The position numbers were made by a program, and so were the translations under genes. Below, in pieces: positions 51,507 to 55,191 of a stretch of 55,191 nt of DNA. The stretch comes from Paraglomus brasilianum (taxonomy: Eukaryota). How positions within the stretch are numbered: the first letter of the stretch is position 1; every line of letters begins with the position of its first letter. Where the stretch lies: assembly GCA_910592345.1 (NCBI GenBank), contig CAJVPI010000095.1:1-55191 (forward strand), in the 5' to 3' direction. The notes under the pieces were generated by a model, which was not told where the DNA came from, did not search any database, and saw only the letters and a list, made by a program, of their open reading frames with translations.

Positions 51507-54268
51507 TCAATGCGGATGTCGAGCATTTGTCATATGTTCTTTGAGTGCATCGAGTGACTCCTATGGAAGCGAAAGTAAAAAAGAATGTTACGTGTCCATT
51601 AGCGATGCTTCAAAAATATTAAAGTTTACTCTTTACATAACCATTGCTTACATACCGCGTAAGAGCTCATCATTGGTTCCAATTTAGATGACTTAATACT
51701 GAGCTTCTTCACATCTTTCAAATGTCCGGCGCGTGACAGCATCTCTTTAAAGTAACGAGCCTACAAATTATGTTCGTCAGAACCAATCAGCTTCGTAGCT
51801 CAGAAAACAAATTTACTAGAATCACCGTAACATACTTCTTGTGTCTCTACAATTGAGTAAGCTATTCCTTCGCGTCCAGCACGCGCTGTTCTGCCAACCC
51901 GGTGAACATACTTTTTCATGTACACTGGAACATCGTAATTAATTACAACGTCCACACTGTCAAGATCCATACCACGAGCTATTAGATCAGAGGCGATTAA
52001 TCTGTTTGGGTAATAGGAAAGTTGTAAGATTAATACCTTCTTAATATGCATACCAATAAGGCACTTGCGTAAAACTACGTACAGCTTAAGTTCTCCGTCT
52101 TTGAACCGTTTAAGAATGTTTGTTCTTTCTTGCTGAGACAAATCACTTGAATACTCTGACGCTGTGAATTTACCCTCTGGTCGATGTATCTTCTCGAAAA
52201 ACTGAATCAACAGTGCTAGGCGGTGGGCAGACTCGACAGATTTGGTGAAACAAAGTGCCGACTTTATTTTAAGATTATGAATTATGTGGAGGACTATTAA
52301 TGGTTTTTGCGAGGATTCGATGACTATCATGTATTCCTGGATATCAAAAAGGAGTGTGAATCGAACAATAATACACAGCGCAATAACGATCAAAAAATCG
52401 CATGTCAAGATACCTTTAATGTACTTGGGAGAGTATATCTGACATCATCGCTGGGAGCGCCTTGAACGGCAACATACCGCGGATTCTGTAGCTGTAGGCT
52501 TGCAATCTTGGCAGGGTTTCGGGTTAGAGTTGCCGAAAAGAGAAGTTTCTGAAGCTATTAGTGACAATACAGGTAAAACGTGTAAGCGATGTGAGTCCAA
52601 AACATTTCAAGTGTGGCATGTCTCATTTCTGATTTTTACTCACAGAACTTGTTTTAGAAATTGAAACGTCAGTCACTGGAATGTGAAAGACTGTCGATAC
52701 CCAAGCAGGTGAGACAGCATCATGAATTGGAAACCTAAACAGCGAGGTCTTACATATAAAAGGGTTTCATCATCCCATAGAAACAAGTAATAAGCACAAA
52801 TAAAACTTACCCATTTGAACCAACATCAGACATAGAATGTTCTCTAGCCTCCTTTTTTGGTTTTAATGCTTTGAGAACGGTAGATAACCAGTCTTGATAA
52901 CTTTGATTAAGCAGTCTATCCGCTTCGTCTACTACCTAGAAGCTGTTTATAAGTAAAAAGTAAAAGGAGAGCAATTGCATGTTTATTGAAACATACTTAC
53001 CAGAAATCGCAAGTGTTGTAGTGTAAAATTTGGTGTCGAATTTATGTGATCGATCAGACGACCCGGAGTTGCAATTAGTATATCAACCTTACTGCTTCCG
53101 CCTATAAGACTTGAATACGATTATTAATTAAAGCTGGATTCGTATACAGTTAAGAATATGTTCCATTACTTACATATCTTCGCTATTGTCAACGATTTGT
53201 GACTGTTCGTTAGCAAAGGATGTTTGCCCGGTCATTACTCCAACCTTTTGACAGTTGTAAGATTGTGTATATTAAGCTTGTTTCATATTATCGAAAGCTC
53301 TCAAAAACTTTCCTGTTTCGCTCACAAACCTTAAGATCCGTCCCCTTACAAAATGCATCAAAGTTTTCTTTTACCTGCGCGACCAAATCACGCGTTGGAA
53401 GAACAATTAGCGCCCGCAATCGACAGACTACGCGCGTCGAAAGAATCTACAAAAAGTCGGATAATTTTCAGACAAGACGCAAAGGAAAAAAAAAATAGAC
53501 ACGCTTTTCTTTTTCTTTACCTCAACAATAGGAATCACATAAGCAAGCGTTTTCCCACTTCCTGTTGGTGCCGATATACAAATGTCTCCAAATTGTCCAT
53601 GAGAACTGTACAGAGAGTGTGTCTTGTCTTTCAACAAAAGTGGTAGAACTGCTGTCTGAACTGGCGTAAATGCAATCAGGCGTCCCATTGAGTATGTATA
53701 TAAGCTAGTAACCTGTAAAAATGCATAACTTGAGTGATGAAACTTTCATCGTTACTTTACCTGCAAAAAACTCGGTAATCCCTAACGTTTGACAATTATC
53801 TAGAGTAGATTGGGAAAGTTTGACGTTTATCTTGTCAATAGTCTCTGATTTTGATGGATCAACGATTATTGGATTAGCAAGCCAGGCGGGAAGTCCTAGT
53901 TTTTTTAATTGTAATTTGGCTTGTTGGCTGAGAACGCGCGGTACGAATTTAGGGAAAGCTTGGAGCGGTTGTGCGCTGGCGAGAGAGGTTGAAGGTTCGG
54001 ACGAGGGTTGCAATGGCTCTGAAGTGTCTGTAATGGGTTCCTCTGGTACCGTAGCTTGAGGCGATTTTTTTTCTCGTCTTTTTTTTTTTTTTTTAGGCTC
54101 GGGGTTTTGTTCGATTGGATATTTTTCTTGCTCATTCTCAATGACTCCACGTTTTCTTTTACTTCTCTTATTCACAAACTGATTAATCTTAAGTAGCCTC
54201 TCGTTAGCGACTTTATCCTCTTGTCTTGCATTTTCCTCTCCAGCGCCATATCTTTCTATACTAAACAT
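51507..54268 (-). CDS. DBP6: DEAD-box RNA helicase Dbp6/DDX51 (60S biogenesis), multi-exon
   Basis: [94 protein letters not shown]. Confidence 0.95.
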
Positions 54269-54559
54269 TTGTATTTACCGAGTTGCGTCTACCAAAAAAA
54301 AAAATTTTAAAAATTGTCAAGTGTTACAAGATGCCACATAACAATAGCATTATCATAAACGCCAAATAAATTTGACACGAAAAAATATTACTTATACTGG
54401 AAATAATTGCTATGAAAAAGTCAAGTCAAATAATTTATTAATGCTTGGCTGTCTTCAGGTTATAAGATTACAGAGTTGAATAAGTTATAATCATTAGTAT
54501 ATGATCATCCGCTTGTTTATGATTTTCAGCTATTAGATTATGGATTCATTATATGACCT

Positions 54560-54735
54560 TACATAATTCGTCTTCACATCCGTATCGATTTGAAACAAAG
54601 TTTTCATTGCGACTAATTTTCCATATCCACCACCACCATCGAAAGGCGTACGATCTATAATATTATCTTCCGCATAGTGTTTGATAAAGCCTGCCTGGAT
54701 ACTCTAGCTAACCACTCTTTATATGTGTTGTTGGA
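54560..54735 (-). pseudogene. Fragment of a Glomeromycota-type kinase N-lobe
   Basis: YKEWL..IQAGFIKHYAEDNIIDRTPFDGGGGYG, then frameshifted KLVAMKTL. Confidence 0.45.
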
Positions 54736-55191
54736 CGATTGACTTTGTTAACGTTAGCGTTTAGCGTTAGTGAATACAGAGTACATAATACGGTCGATCG
54801 CCTCTCATGTGATATCGTAATTATTCAAACGAACGAAATGTCTTCAACTATTACCTCTAAAGTTCCTCTACCCACTTCACCTCTTTCGCTTCTGTTGCAG
54901 CCCTACCTAAAGTTACTAACTATTACTTGATTCTAACTTTATATGAGAGTAGATCACTGTTAAACAGTCTTTTATTAAACGATATAATAAATGACTTCGG
55001 TTTTAAATTCATAAGCAAGAACTCTCTAATGACAGTAACGAGTTTCTAGCTCATGATTCATTTGAAAAGGCTTTCCGATTATGGGGTCGGGTATCCTTGT
55101 CAGGAGGCGGCAGCACATGGCGTGCTTTTTGAAAAGGGGTGATGATAGAAAACTTTAATCAGCAATCGCTGTCTGAAAAATGAAGCATTAA

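Noticed and set aside
4572..54150. Numerous short ORFs antisense to or out of frame with the real exons
   Set aside because: Shadow ORFs of spliced genes, many with GTG/TTG starts that do not apply to a eukaryote.

Overview
Eukaryotic, AT-rich, intron-dense fungal genomic DNA. The gene families and repeats suggest an arbuscular-mycorrhizal fungus (Glomeromycotina, possibly Paraglomus-like); this is an inference. I can assemble about 11 intact spliced genes by hand: a ZZZ3-like Myb/ZZ protein, an RNF121-like RING ligase, an RRM + two-zinc-knuckle SR protein, the YHM2 mitochondrial carrier, a stand-alone C2 protein, glycyl-tRNA synthetase, snurportin-1, a Glomeromycota-type tyrosine-kinase-like protein, proteasome assembly chaperone PAC1, a CRP-type double-LIM protein, GSK3 and the DBP6/DDX51 helicase. 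There is also one unknown multi-exon gene. Between these lie Tc1/mariner and pogo remnants and MITEs, a TSD-flanked intronic insertion, tandem duplications and several decayed Crinkler-, P-loop-, kinase- and LRR-type pseudogenes. The most notable observations are: (1) an SR protein with the architecture and motifs of the nominally plant-specific RS2Z subfamily; (2) a GC-rich three-way-junction RNA-like element near 49.7 kb; (3) an LRR relic resembling proteins of Mollicutes-related endobacteria; (4) a GlyRS gene with two in-frame ATGs. No prokaryotic operon, CRISPR array or rRNA/tRNA gene was seen. All identifications come from motif recognition, without database searches, and exon boundaries are manual.
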